NCBI GenBank assembly: GCA_030679255.1
Contig: JAUXTO010000025.1
Coordinates: 8,719 to 72,718, forward strand
DNA length: 64,000 nucleotides
Direction of reading: 5' to 3'
Source of the DNA: Candidatus Gottesmanbacteria bacterium
GTDB taxonomy: Bacteria > Patescibacteriota > Microgenomatia > UBA10105 > UBA927
Shown piece by piece: positions 10,123 to 18,791 of the stretch. Made by a program: the position numbers and the translations under genes. The notes under the pieces were generated by a model. It was given only the letters and a program-made list of their open reading frames with translations, ran no database searches and was not told where the DNA came from. Each line of letters starts with the position of its first letter. Positions within the stretch are counted from its first letter, which is position 1.

Positions 10123-10422
10123 ATGACATTAGAAGAACTATATAAAATTATCAAAGATCGTAAAAAGAACATGCCAGCAGGTTCTTATGTCGCTTCTCTT
10201 TTTCGGGGCGATGGAGATCGCATTGCTCAAAAGGTGGGAGAAGAAGCAATGGAAGTGCTGATTGCGGCGAAGAACGAGAGTAAATTACGCCAAGTCGAAG
10301 AGTTTACCGATCTTTTCTTTCACGCGCTGATTCTCATGGCACAACTCAATATATCGCTTATCGATATTTCTCGTGAGTTATCCAGACGAAATAAATCAAA
10401 AACAAAACGCGTGATACAATAG
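10123..10422 (+). CDS. hisE: Phosphoribosyl-ATP pyrophosphatase
   Basis: 99 aa, MazG-like (EEAMEVLIAAKNE...FFHALILM). Confidence 0.85.
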   Translation: MTLEELYKIIKDRKKNMPAGSYVASLFRGDGDRIAQKVGEEAMEVLIAAKNESKLRQVEEFTDLFFHALILMAQLNISLIDISRELSRRNKSKTKRVIQ

Positions 10423-10427
10423 CCCAT

Positions 10428-11627
10428 ATGGACCTACTAAAAAATATAGACGCCCTTCTCATTACTAACCCGACGAATATCCGGTATCTCACTGGATTCG
10501 TCGGTGCGGCGCCGGAGGAGAGGGAAGCATACTGCTTGCTTACCAACTCTCAAACGTATCTCTTCATTAATGCGCTTTATACTGAATACGCAAATACACT
10601 TGTTTCACCATCTAAGCAAGGCAGTAATAATCCAATAATCCAATTCTCAAATAATCCAATAAAAATAGTCAAAATTTCCCGCGGGGAACCTTTTGCAAAA
10701 AAACTTGGTGATGTTCTGAAAAGGTCTCACCTTGCCAAACCGCAAGGTGAGACCTTAAAAGGAATTCGCCTCGGATTTGAAGAGAGCAACTTGACCGTCG
10801 CAGAATTCGAAAAATTAAAAAAAGAATTGCCCGGCATCACCCTTGTCCCAACACAAAACAGAATTGAAGAACTCCGGATGATCAAGCGCGATGATGAAAT
10901 CGAAAACATCCGACAGGCTGCAAAGATTACGGATCAGTGTTTTACCTATCTTACCACCATACTAAAACCTCGTGTTACTGAACTTGAAATCGCCTGGAAA
11001 ATCGAGTCCTTCATTCGCTCCCGCGGCGCGGGTCTTGCCTTCTCCCCCATCGTCGCGTTTGGCTCAAACACCTCGCAACCGCACTATTCACCAAAATCTA
11101 GCCTTAAAAGGTCTCACCTTTTAAGGCTAAAAAATCAAGATATTGTGCTACTGGATTTCGGCGCGAAGATTAACGGCTACTGCAGCGACATGACCCGCAT
11201 GGTGTTTATTGGCAAACCCGAGGCTGAATGGGTGAACGCTTACGAAACGGTTTCGAGAGCGCAAACCATGGCTCTCGAGTATCTAGCCTCAAGGCCTGGC
11301 CTTGAGGCTACGGGTGATAAAGTCGATCAGATCGCACGGGATATCATTGAAAATGCAGGGTTCCCTACCTATCCCCACTCTCTGGGTCACGGGGTGGGAT
11401 TGGATATTCATGAAGCACCACGATTGAGAACCAATCCTTCAATAAATTCAGAACAACCAGTTACATCCCGCGCTTCGCAAAGACTCATGCCCGGCATGGT
11501 CGTCACGGTTGAGCCAGGAATATATATCGAAGGACAGTATGGCGTACGCCTCGAGGATTTGATACTCTTGAAAGAAGACGGGATTGAATTACTATCAAAA
11601 TCAAATAAACATATCACTATACTTTAG
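10428..11627 (+). CDS. M24 family Xaa-Pro aminopeptidase carrying three in-frame palindromic-element insertions
   Basis: M24 motifs (DFGAKINGYCSDMTR, HSLGHGVGLDIHE, VEPGIY). Palindromic elements are embedded at 10717-10762, 11098-11130 and 11283-11310; one of them encodes KSSLKRSHLLRLKNQ. Confidence 0.8.
   Translation: MDLLKNIDALLITNPTNIRYLTGFVGAAPEEREAYCLLTNSQTYLFINALYTEYANTLVSPSKQGSNNPIIQFSNNPIKIVKISRGEPFAKKLGDVLKRSHLAKPQGETLKGIRLGFEESNLTVAEFEKLKKELPGITLVPTQNRIEELRMIKRDDEIENIRQAAKITDQCFTYLTTILKPRVTELEIAWKIESFIRSRGAGLAFSPIVAFGSNTSQPHYSPKSSLKRSHLLRLKNQDIVLLDFGAKINGYCSDMTRMVFIGKPEAEWVNAYETVSRAQTMALEYLASRPGLEATGDKVDQIARDIIENAGFPTYPHSLGHGVGLDIHEAPRLRTNPSINSEQPVTSRASQRLMPGMVVTVEPGIYIEGQYGVRLEDLILLKEDGIELLSKSNKHITIL
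10717..10762. repeat. REP-like family 1 derivative (extended palindrome around ggtctcacc / ggtgagacc)
   Basis: tgaaaaggtctcaccttg-ccaaaccg-caaggtgagaccttaaaagg. It lies inside pepP and is in frame. Confidence 0.7.
11098..11130. repeat. REP-like family 1 element
   Basis: ctagccttaaaagg-tctca-ccttttaaggctaa. In frame in pepP (SLKRSHLLRL). Confidence 0.8.
11283..11310. repeat. Family 1b palindrome (same outer arms, centre aaggcctggcctt)
   Basis: ctagcctcaaggcc-t-ggccttgaggcta. The same 13-bp core appears twice at 2587-2644. Confidence 0.7.
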
Positions 11628-11658
11628 ACTTTAAAATTAAAACGTTAAACTTTTTTCT

Positions 11659-12087
11659 ATGAATTGGCTCGGACTCTTACTCATCTCTATTACCGGTTAT
11701 GGCGTAAGCAATACGCTTGTCCGCTACTATTCTACCCGCATTTCTCCGCTTGCAGGGGCTATCCTTCTTTCGGCCGGCGCATTGGCAACCGCATTGGTTG
11801 TATTATTTATACAAACAATCACTGGCGGAAAAATCCCGACACTTGGAAAAGATACGGTCATCACCGGACTCTTATCCGGAATGTTTTTTACCGGAGCAGT
11901 ACTTCTGTTTAACACGACTCTTTCCAGAAGTGTACCGCTTTCCATCGCCGTCCCCATCCTCGTCGGTGGTATTGGCGTTGCGGGTGTCATCTCCGGAGTT
12001 GCCGTATTTCATGAATCATTGTCCGTCATGAAATTCATCGGCGTGAGCGTCATACTCGTGGGCACCGTCTTGCTTGCCAAAGGATAA
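11659..12087 (+). CDS. Small 4-TM transporter (SMR/EamA-like, DMT superfamily)
   Basis: 142 aa and highly hydrophobic, with four predicted TM helices. Confidence 0.5.
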   Translation: MNWLGLLLISITGYGVSNTLVRYYSTRISPLAGAILLSAGALATALVVLFIQTITGGKIPTLGKDTVITGLLSGMFFTGAVLLFNTTLSRSVPLSIAVPILVGGIGVAGVISGVAVFHESLSVMKFIGVSVILVGTVLLAKG

Positions 12088-12092
12088 CACCT

Positions 12093-13298
12093 ATGATCAC
12101 ACCACAAACACTCAAAGGATTTCGCGATTTCTTGCCGGCTGACGCGCTCAAGCGGCAATACGCCATCAACATCATTCGGCGTACATTCGAGTCTTTTGGA
12201 TTTGAGCCTCTGGAAACTCCCGCTCTTGAATACTTGGAAACATTTGCCGGCAATATCGGTGAGGATGAAAAATTATTTTTCAAATTTAAAGACCAGGGCG
12301 ACCGGGATGTGGCGCTTCGGTACGATCAAACGGTCCCGACCTGCCGTGTCATCGCCCAATATCCGGATAAAATATCCCTCCCTTTTAAACGCTATCAGAT
12401 CCAGACAGTTTGGCGGGCCGAAAAACCCCAGCGGGGACGCTTCCGTGAATTTTTGCAGTGCGACGCAGACATCTTCGGCGTTGACCACCGCGCGGCGGAC
12501 GGCGAAACGATTGCCCTCACGATCCAAATATTTAAAAATTTAGGGTTTAAAAATCCGACCGCCATCATCAATGACCGCGCGCTCTACCAAGGTGTCCCGT
12601 ATAAAGCAATTGTCGCGATAGATAAGCTTGCCAAAATCGGAGAAGACGGCGTTGTTGCCGAACTCATAAAAAAGGAATATACGGAAAAAGACGCAAGAAC
12701 ACTTTTAGATACCGTCAAAAACAGCAAACCCAACGACGCTCTCAAAACGATATTCGCGTTTCTTGATGCGTATGGCATGAAAGAACAGTATCGCTTTGAG
12801 CCCACGCTTGCCCGGTCGTTTAATTACTCGACCGGCACCATCTGGGAAATTGTCGATCCCGCCTTCACCGCCGGTTCCATGGCCGGATGCGAACGCTTTG
12901 ACAGTCTCGTCGGAAAATTCAGTAACCGAAACGTACCCGCTGTCGGGTTTGCCGTTGGATTTGACCGGACGATGGTCGCCATGGAAGAACTCGGGTTATT
13001 CCCCGCCGTCACGACGACCACCGCCGTCCTCGTTACAATTTTTTCGGAAAACTCGCTTGCCGCATCACAATCCATGACACAAACACTCCGCGGGGCCGGG
13101 ATTAACACGGATCTCTATCCGGATCCGAACACGAAACTCGAAAAACAACTCAAGTACGCCGATCGAAAAGGCATCCCGTATGTTGTAATTCAAGGGCCGG
13201 AGGAAGTCTCACGGGGCGTTGTAAAATTAAAAGACATGAAAGCCAAGACGCAAGTAGAAATGACGGTTGAAAAAATTATTCAAAAACTTAAATCTTAA
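12093..13298 (+). CDS. hisS: Histidyl-tRNA synthetase
   Basis: Class II motifs (GFRDFLP, RYDQTVP, RGRFREFLQCDADIFG) plus a C-terminal anticodon-binding domain. The anticodon-binding domain means it is not HisZ. Confidence 0.85.
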   Translation: MITPQTLKGFRDFLPADALKRQYAINIIRRTFESFGFEPLETPALEYLETFAGNIGEDEKLFFKFKDQGDRDVALRYDQTVPTCRVIAQYPDKISLPFKRYQIQTVWRAEKPQRGRFREFLQCDADIFGVDHRAADGETIALTIQIFKNLGFKNPTAIINDRALYQGVPYKAIVAIDKLAKIGEDGVVAELIKKEYTEKDARTLLDTVKNSKPNDALKTIFAFLDAYGMKEQYRFEPTLARSFNYSTGTIWEIVDPAFTAGSMAGCERFDSLVGKFSNRNVPAVGFAVGFDRTMVAMEELGLFPAVTTTTAVLVTIFSENSLAASQSMTQTLRGAGINTDLYPDPNTKLEKQLKYADRKGIPYVVIQGPEEVSRGVVKLKDMKAKTQVEMTVEKIIQKLKS

Positions 13299-13355
13299 TT
13301 TCATAAGGCCACCCCTTGCAAACGACAAGGGAGTGGCCTTGTAAGACTCCTGCCC

Positions 13356-14285
13356 ATGAATCATCGATACACCGCTTATTTTCTCCTTTTGATAGTCTCC
13401 ATCATCTGGGGCGTCGCCGGACCGGTCATCAAATTTACCCTCTCGTCATTCCCACCGATTATTTTCCTTACCTACCGTTTCGCATTAGCATCTGCTCTGG
13501 GTGCTACCCTTTGGGCGATCCGGCCGCCGCAGTTTCGACTTAAAGCCAATACGGTTCCCCATATTATTGCCCACAGCGTCCTTGCCGTCCCATTGGGCCT
13601 CGGCCTCCTTTTCTTTGGATTTGATAAAACATCCTCGCTCACCGGATCCGTCATATCCGCAACCGGTCCGATTATGGTGGCAATTGCAGGGATGTTACTC
13701 CTCAAAGAACACATCACGAAGCCGGAGCGTATAGGAATATTCTTGGCGCTCCTTGGCACGCTCATTATTACGGTAGGTCCGATGGTGGGAGGTAATGGGC
13801 ATGCGTTGATTTCAATAGAAGGCAATCTGCTCATCATCGTCTCGCTTGCCGCCGACGCGATCGCCACGGTGATCGCCAAAGTCTCGCTTCGGGACCGCGT
13901 ACCCGCGATAGTACTCACCAACATTTCTTTTATGATCGGATTTGTCTGCTTCCTCCCATTTCTCCTCTATACCTACTCAATACAAGAAATCGTGACGACC
14001 ATTGCAAGTGCCCCGCTTTCGGCTCACATCGGAGTCCTCTACATGGCGTTTATCTCGGGGACGCTCGCCTATACACTCCAGAAGCTTGCAATGAAAAGTA
14101 TTGAGGTTGGTGAAGTCGCCGTCTTTAACTACCTCTTCCCCATTTGGGCCGCGCCCCTTGCCCTCTGGTGGCTGGGAGAAAAAATCACCCTCCCCTTTGT
14201 GATTGGCGCCGCAGTGATCGCGACAGGAGTCGTCATTGCGGAGTATAAAAGAAGACAAAAACGGAGACAGAAAAGAAGAAAATAA
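13356..14285 (+). CDS. EamA/DMT family transporter
   Basis: 309 aa with 10 TM helices and an EamA repeat architecture. The C-terminal tail is RRQKRRQKRRK. Confidence 0.7.
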   Translation: MNHRYTAYFLLLIVSIIWGVAGPVIKFTLSSFPPIIFLTYRFALASALGATLWAIRPPQFRLKANTVPHIIAHSVLAVPLGLGLLFFGFDKTSSLTGSVISATGPIMVAIAGMLLLKEHITKPERIGIFLALLGTLIITVGPMVGGNGHALISIEGNLLIIVSLAADAIATVIAKVSLRDRVPAIVLTNISFMIGFVCFLPFLLYTYSIQEIVTTIASAPLSAHIGVLYMAFISGTLAYTLQKLAMKSIEVGEVAVFNYLFPIWAAPLALWWLGEKITLPFVIGAAVIATGVVIAEYKRRQKRRQKRRK

Positions 14286-14300
14286 CCACAGGTGTCGTAT

Positions 14301-14669
14301 CTACGCCACATCGGAGGTGATAATTTCATTCGTAAAATATTTTTGCTCGCATACATGCCAGGTTTGCAGCGTGCCCCCACGACCATTTCTATACTTTTTT
14401 GCTGTATTTTTACGATGTTCCATCCAATCCCTATCTAATACGTTACGATCATTTATTTTCAAAGTCGAACTTTTCCAACCACATGGATCATCGCTTCCAG
14501 TAGGTGCTATGCAAACAATCTGCATGTGCGTAGCAAGGTCGAATTGAGCGTCTGGTAATGCTATGAGTTTAGAAACGTCACTTGGTGTTACTACTACAGC
14601 TTCTTTCATAGATTTCCCGATCCAATGGGGCAAGAGCATGATCATACTCTCTCCCTGCCCAAAATACAA
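14301..14669 (-). CDS. Hypothetical protein
   Basis: 122-aa ORF of non-low-complexity sequence (DDPCGWKSSTLKINDRNVLDRDW). No recognisable family, and the start is uncertain. Confidence 0.35.
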   Translation of the reverse strand: MYFGQGESMIMLLPHWIGKSMKEAVVVTPSDVSKLIALPDAQFDLATHMQIVCIAPTGSDDPCGWKSSTLKINDRNVLDRDWMEHRKNTAKKYRNGRGGTLQTWHVCEQKYFTNEIITSDVA

Positions 14670-14690
14670 ATTGTATGCTATAATTCTTCC

Positions 14691-15002
14691 ATGAAGTCAG
14701 ACATACACCCCAAATGGTACCCAACAGCCGTCGTCTCGTGCCAGTGTGGCAATACGTTTACCGTCGGGGCGTCCAAGCCCGAGATCAAAACCGATATCTG
14801 TGCCAAATGTCATCCGTTCTTCACCGGCGAGATGAAATTCGTCGATGCCTTGGGCAGGGTCGAACGCTTCCAGAATAAACAAAAAGTCGGAGCCGCTATG
14901 GCCAATGCTGTCGCGGATAAAAAGAAAAAGAAAAAAGACCACGAAGAAGCCGCCCGAAACGCCCCGAAATCCCTCAAAGAAATGTTGATGGGACTCAAAT
15001 AG
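14691..15002 (+). CDS. rpmE: Ribosomal protein L31 with a K-rich C-terminal extension
   Basis: MKSDIHPKWYPTAVVSCQCGNTF...CAKCHPFFTG is the L31 signature. The tail is ~35 aa longer than usual. Confidence 0.85.
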   Translation: MKSDIHPKWYPTAVVSCQCGNTFTVGASKPEIKTDICAKCHPFFTGEMKFVDALGRVERFQNKQKVGAAMANAVADKKKKKKDHEEAARNAPKSLKEMLMGLK

Positions 15003-15148
15003 CAATCCAATTAAATTCCAAGCATCAAGTACCAAGCATCAAACAAACGAATACAAATACCAATATACAAACAATTCTCGTTATTACCGTTTATTTTCAT
15101 TTGATGCTTTGATATTGTTTGGTACTTGAATATTGGAATTTGGTGCTT
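15003..15148. repeat. Family 3 long imperfect hairpin element (accaagcatcaa ... ttgatattgtttg ... ggtgctta)
   Basis: Inverted arms of about 45 nt share ccaagcatcaa / ttgatgctt and aattccaa / ttggaatt. It lies between rpmE and prfA. Confidence 0.7.
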
Positions 15149-15862
15149 ATGAATAATGATATCACGATTCTCGAACTCCGTCCCGGACCGGGTGGTGATG
15201 AAGCCAAGATATGGGCCGGCGATCTCATGCGCATGTACACGCGCTACGGGACTATCATGGGCTGGAAAGTAGAGAGCCTTGATGATTTAGTTATCCGCAT
15301 ACGGGGAACAGGCGTATTTACTAAACTCCAATATGAGGCCGGCACCCACCGCGTCCAACGAATCCCGTCTACAGAGCGCCATGGCCGGATCCATACCTCT
15401 ACGGCAACCGTTGCCGTCCTTCCCGAAATTCCGGAAAATGAAGTCACCATCCGCAACGACGACCTCGAGTGGGATTTTTTCCGCTCAGGGGGCAAAGGAG
15501 GACAAAACGTCAATAAGGTGAGTTCGGCCGTCCGACTTCGGCATAAACCCTCAGGCATCGTCGTGGCCTGCCAAACCGAGCGGGACCAATTTCAAAACCG
15601 CAGCGTAGCCCTCTCGATGCTGCGGGCCAAACTCTGGGAACGGGAACTCCTTGCCCGAGAGCAGACGATGACGGAGCAACGAAGTGTGATTGGTCGCGGC
15701 ATGCGCGCGGAAAAAATCCGCACCTATAATTATCCTCAAAACCGCGTCACCGACCACCGCATAAACAAATCCTGGCACAATCTGGAAGATGTTATGAGTG
15801 GAAAAATGCAAAAGATTTCCGAAGTGCTCTCTACTCTCCTTGATTCCCCAACGTCACCGTAA
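15149..15862 (+). CDS. prfA: Class-I peptide chain release factor (RF1-like, PST and GGQ motifs) lacking N-terminal domain 1
   Basis: It aligns to E. coli RF1 from about residue 105 onward. RIPSTERHGRIHTSTATVAVLPE carries the PxT-type motif and SGGKGGQNVNKV the GGQ. No N-terminal domain-1 coding sequence lies upstream. The 5' end abuts the hairpin element at 15003-15148. Confidence 0.75.
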   Translation: MNNDITILELRPGPGGDEAKIWAGDLMRMYTRYGTIMGWKVESLDDLVIRIRGTGVFTKLQYEAGTHRVQRIPSTERHGRIHTSTATVAVLPEIPENEVTIRNDDLEWDFFRSGGKGGQNVNKVSSAVRLRHKPSGIVVACQTERDQFQNRSVALSMLRAKLWERELLAREQTMTEQRSVIGRGMRAEKIRTYNYPQNRVTDHRINKSWHNLEDVMSGKMQKISEVLSTLLDSPTSP

Positions 15863-17033
15863 TATCTTTTTCCTTCTCATCACGCCAGACAGTAAGCTTG
15901 ACGGAATCACCGACTTTTTTCTTACTAATCGATTTTGCCAAATCATTTTTATCATCAAGTTTTGTGCCATCAATTTTGGTTATGACATCTTCTGCTTTGA
16001 GTCCCGCTTTATCAGCCGGCCCTCCCTTTACCACTTCCTGCACATACGCTCCCTCGGGAATTTCGTTAAGGATCGCCGTTTGCCGAGGAATCATACGGTA
16101 CTGCACGCCAAGAAATGGGCGGTTAAACTGACCCGTCGCGTTAAAATTGGCAAGCGCTTCTTTGACCACGTTGATGGGTAGGGCAAATCCGATATTTTGT
16201 CCCTGCGCTGACACCGCCGTATTGACCCCCACCACCTGGCCCGCAGAATTAAGGAGTGGTCCGCCGGAATTACCGGGATTGATCGCCGCGTCCGTCTGGA
16301 TGACGTTATCGAGGCGTTCTGCCGATCCCTCAAAGGGACTGCCTGCGTCTATCCCCCGCCCCACGCCGGAAATGACACCGGTCGTCACGGTATGACGAAA
16401 CTCGCCCAAGGCAGTGCCAATTGCAATCGCCATTTGACCAACTTTTATTTTATCCGAATCCCCCAATTCCACAGTCGGCAGCTCTCGCCCTGATCCGTCA
16501 GCTGACGGAGAAGGGTCAATTTTTAGAATTGCCAAGTCATTACTCGGATCGCGGTAAATCTTCTTAATTTCATAGGTTTTGTCATCTTTCGTGATTACGC
16601 GGTACGTCGCGTCGGTCATCTCGACCACGTGTTTATTGGTGACGATAAGGCCATCGCTCCCCACAATGAAACCTGATCCAATATCCTGCTCAAATTTTTG
16701 GGTTTTACCGGGCCGCCGCTGAAACGGACTAAAGGGATCAAAAGGATTAAACTCGAGGATATCACCGATCCGCCTGTTTTGCGTGATGCCGATTGTGACA
16801 ACGGCAGGAGAGACTTTATCCACGACATCAATGACCACCGATTCCTCCGTCACGACTTTGACTTTTTCATCTTCTGGCAGTGTGATCGTTTTGGAAGTTG
16901 AAAATTGTGGCAGTTTGATGGAAAGATACTTTTCTAAAAACTTCCAGTTGAGGCCAAACTGGCCGGAGCTCACCACGGCACCGCTGATCAACGCCAACGC
17001 TGCTACACTGATAAAAAATTTCTGTAACTTCAT
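15831..17033 (-). CDS. htrA: HtrA/DegP family serine protease (trypsin-like domain plus PDZ)
   Basis: GSGFIVGSDGLIVTNKHVV and TDAAINPGNSGGPLLN, followed by a PDZ domain. An in-frame 16-bp palindrome insertion at 16486-16517 encodes DPSPSADGSG. Confidence 0.9.
   Translation of the reverse strand: MKLQKFFISVAALALISGAVVSSGQFGLNWKFLEKYLSIKLPQFSTSKTITLPEDEKVKVVTEESVVIDVVDKVSPAVVTIGITQNRRIGDILEFNPFDPFSPFQRRPGKTQKFEQDIGSGFIVGSDGLIVTNKHVVEMTDATYRVITKDDKTYEIKKIYRDPSNDLAILKIDPSPSADGSGRELPTVELGDSDKIKVGQMAIAIGTALGEFRHTVTTGVISGVGRGIDAGSPFEGSAERLDNVIQTDAAINPGNSGGPLLNSAGQVVGVNTAVSAQGQNIGFALPINVVKEALANFNATGQFNRPFLGVQYRMIPRQTAILNEIPEGAYVQEVVKGGPADKAGLKAEDVITKIDGTKLDDKNDLAKSISKKKVGDSVKLTVWRDEKEKDITVTLGNQGE
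16486..16517. repeat. Family 4 palindromic insertion (tccgtcagctgacgga), copy in htrA
   Basis: cgccctgatccgtcagctgacggagaagggtc encodes DPSPSADGSG. Confidence 0.75.
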
Positions 17034-17046
17034 ACGTTCCTCCTGA

Positions 17047-18330
17047 TTATTTTAATAACACTTCCACCGCTTTTGCAAGCTGCGCATCCGTAGTCGCCGT
17101 ATACGCATCATCAAGTTTTACCTCTATATCCGGCTTGACCCCCACTTTGGCGATCGTTTCCCCTTTGGGAAGAAGCCACTTGCCCGTCGTGATATGAAGT
17201 CCCGCCCCGCCACGCAGTTCCTGTGGTGTCTGGACGGATCCTTTGCCGAATGTGGTTTCCCCGACGATCGTCGCGCGTTTATAGTCCCGGAGTGCCCCTG
17301 CGACGATTTCAGCGGCCGACGCGCTGCCGCGGTTAACGAGGACGACGAGCGGAATATCCAAGAGCTTTCCTTTCTTGTCTACCGGATAATCCTGTTTCGT
17401 TCCGTCACTATTTTTTTGTGAGACGACTACTCCGCTTTTGATAAATTCGCTCGCGATAAATACTGAGCCGTCCAGGTACCCACCCGGATTATTCCGGAGA
17501 TCAAAGATGAGCCCGGCGAGCGGACCATTTGTGCGTTGTTTGTCCAATATCTCCGCCACCGTTTTATCCCAATCTTCATTACTATGGTCCCCAAACCGGG
17601 AAAGACGGATATACGCAACCATTTTGGATGCATCAAGTTTGGCGGCATCAGCAGTACCGGATATTTCTGTGATCTCACGTACCTTTTTCACCCAACTCTC
17701 GACCGATGGCACGAGAATGGTTTGGCGCGTGATCGTCATATCAACGGGTTTCTGGCTGTTGTCATGGAGAATATTCAGTTTGACCGATGTCCCGCCTACC
17801 CCGCGGATTTTCGTCACCGCCTGCGGTACCGTCCAGCCCACCGTGTCCACATCATCGACTTTCAAAATATAATCGCCGGGTTTGATACCAGCCCGCTCTG
17901 CGGGTGTACCTTTGAGTGGGGCGATCACAATAATCCGGCTATCTTTCATCCCCAATTGGGCCCCGATTCCTTCAAACTCACCAGCGAGATCCTCCTTCAC
18001 ATCTTTATTTTCTTTCGGGGGAAGGAATACCGTGTATGGGTCACCTGCGGAGGCGACCATGCCGGAGATTGCTCCCCATACCATCTTTTGGGTATCCAAT
18101 CCAGCGGCATCGATGTAGTAACGGAACATCCGCTGCCATACGTCCCAAAAAAGGGAAAAGTCGACCGGGGTCGTGTCTTTGGCAGATTCCTGGTTGATGA
18201 CGATCCGTTTATCCCCGGTGACAGAAACACCTGCTTTCCGCTGCCCTAAATTGTATCCGATGCCACCCGCGAGGATGAGAAACGCGAAGAGTATGACGTA
18301 TTTACGGATGGAGGAAAATGGCAGGGTCAT
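17047..18330 (-). CDS. ctpA: Carboxy-terminal processing protease (S41)
   Basis: S41 motifs (NPGGYLDGSV, TFGKGSVQ) and a PDZ domain. Start placed at MTLPFSS, because the ORF's first M lies inside a hairpin element. Confidence 0.8.
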   Translation of the reverse strand: MTLPFSSIRKYVILFAFLILAGGIGYNLGQRKAGVSVTGDKRIVINQESAKDTTPVDFSLFWDVWQRMFRYYIDAAGLDTQKMVWGAISGMVASAGDPYTVFLPPKENKDVKEDLAGEFEGIGAQLGMKDSRIIVIAPLKGTPAERAGIKPGDYILKVDDVDTVGWTVPQAVTKIRGVGGTSVKLNILHDNSQKPVDMTITRQTILVPSVESWVKKVREITEISGTADAAKLDASKMVAYIRLSRFGDHSNEDWDKTVAEILDKQRTNGPLAGLIFDLRNNPGGYLDGSVFIASEFIKSGVVVSQKNSDGTKQDYPVDKKGKLLDIPLVVLVNRGSASAAEIVAGALRDYKRATIVGETTFGKGSVQTPQELRGGAGLHITTGKWLLPKGETIAKVGVKPDIEVKLDDAYTATTDAQLAKAVEVLLK

Positions 18331-18331
18331 A

Positions 18332-18433
18332 AAAAATAAACGAATAATGGAATAATCTACTATACGAATAATAGAATAAAATTGCAATTCCTCATTATTC
18401 GCTTATTTCTTATTCGTTTATTCGCTTATTCAG
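18332..18433. repeat. AT-rich hairpin element (aaacgaataatggaataat ... attattcgtttattcgcttattc)
   Basis: Inverted repeat arms in the ctpA-rpsR intergenic region. Confidence 0.55.
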
Positions 18434-18434
18434 T

Positions 18435-18680
18435 TCAGGCTCTCACGACATAAGGCAAGAGCGCCATAAACCGTGCACGTTTCACTTCGCGGGTCACTGC
18501 CCGCTGATGGGTACTGCAAATACCCGTTCGCGCTCGGCCCAAAAGTTTACCGCGCTCGCTTGCAAACCGGCCAATCGCCGCAACATCTTTATAATCCGGC
18601 ACGGTTTTATTTTTACAAAAACCACAGTTGGTCGGTACCGGGCGTTCTTTTATCTGAAATCGGTTACTTCGTTTCATCAT
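18435..18680 (-). CDS. rpsR: Ribosomal protein S18
   Basis: CGFCKNKTVPDYKDV...RFMALLPY is the S18 signature. Confidence 0.85.
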   Translation of the reverse strand: MMKRSNRFQIKERPVPTNCGFCKNKTVPDYKDVAAIGRFASERGKLLGRARTGICSTHQRAVTREVKRARFMALLPYVVRA

Positions 18681-18791
18681 ATAGTTGCGATACCAATCTA
18701 CGAATGCATACTAATGCAACGAATAAAATCTCACGCTCTTCTTTATTCGTATCATTGGCATCAATTCGTTGATTCGCATCGGATCTGTTCG

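Noticed and set aside
12093-13298. Possibility that the HisRS-like gene is HisZ, the regulatory subunit of short-form HisG
   Set aside because: The protein has a C-terminal anticodon-binding domain and hisG here is the long form, so it is assigned as HisRS.
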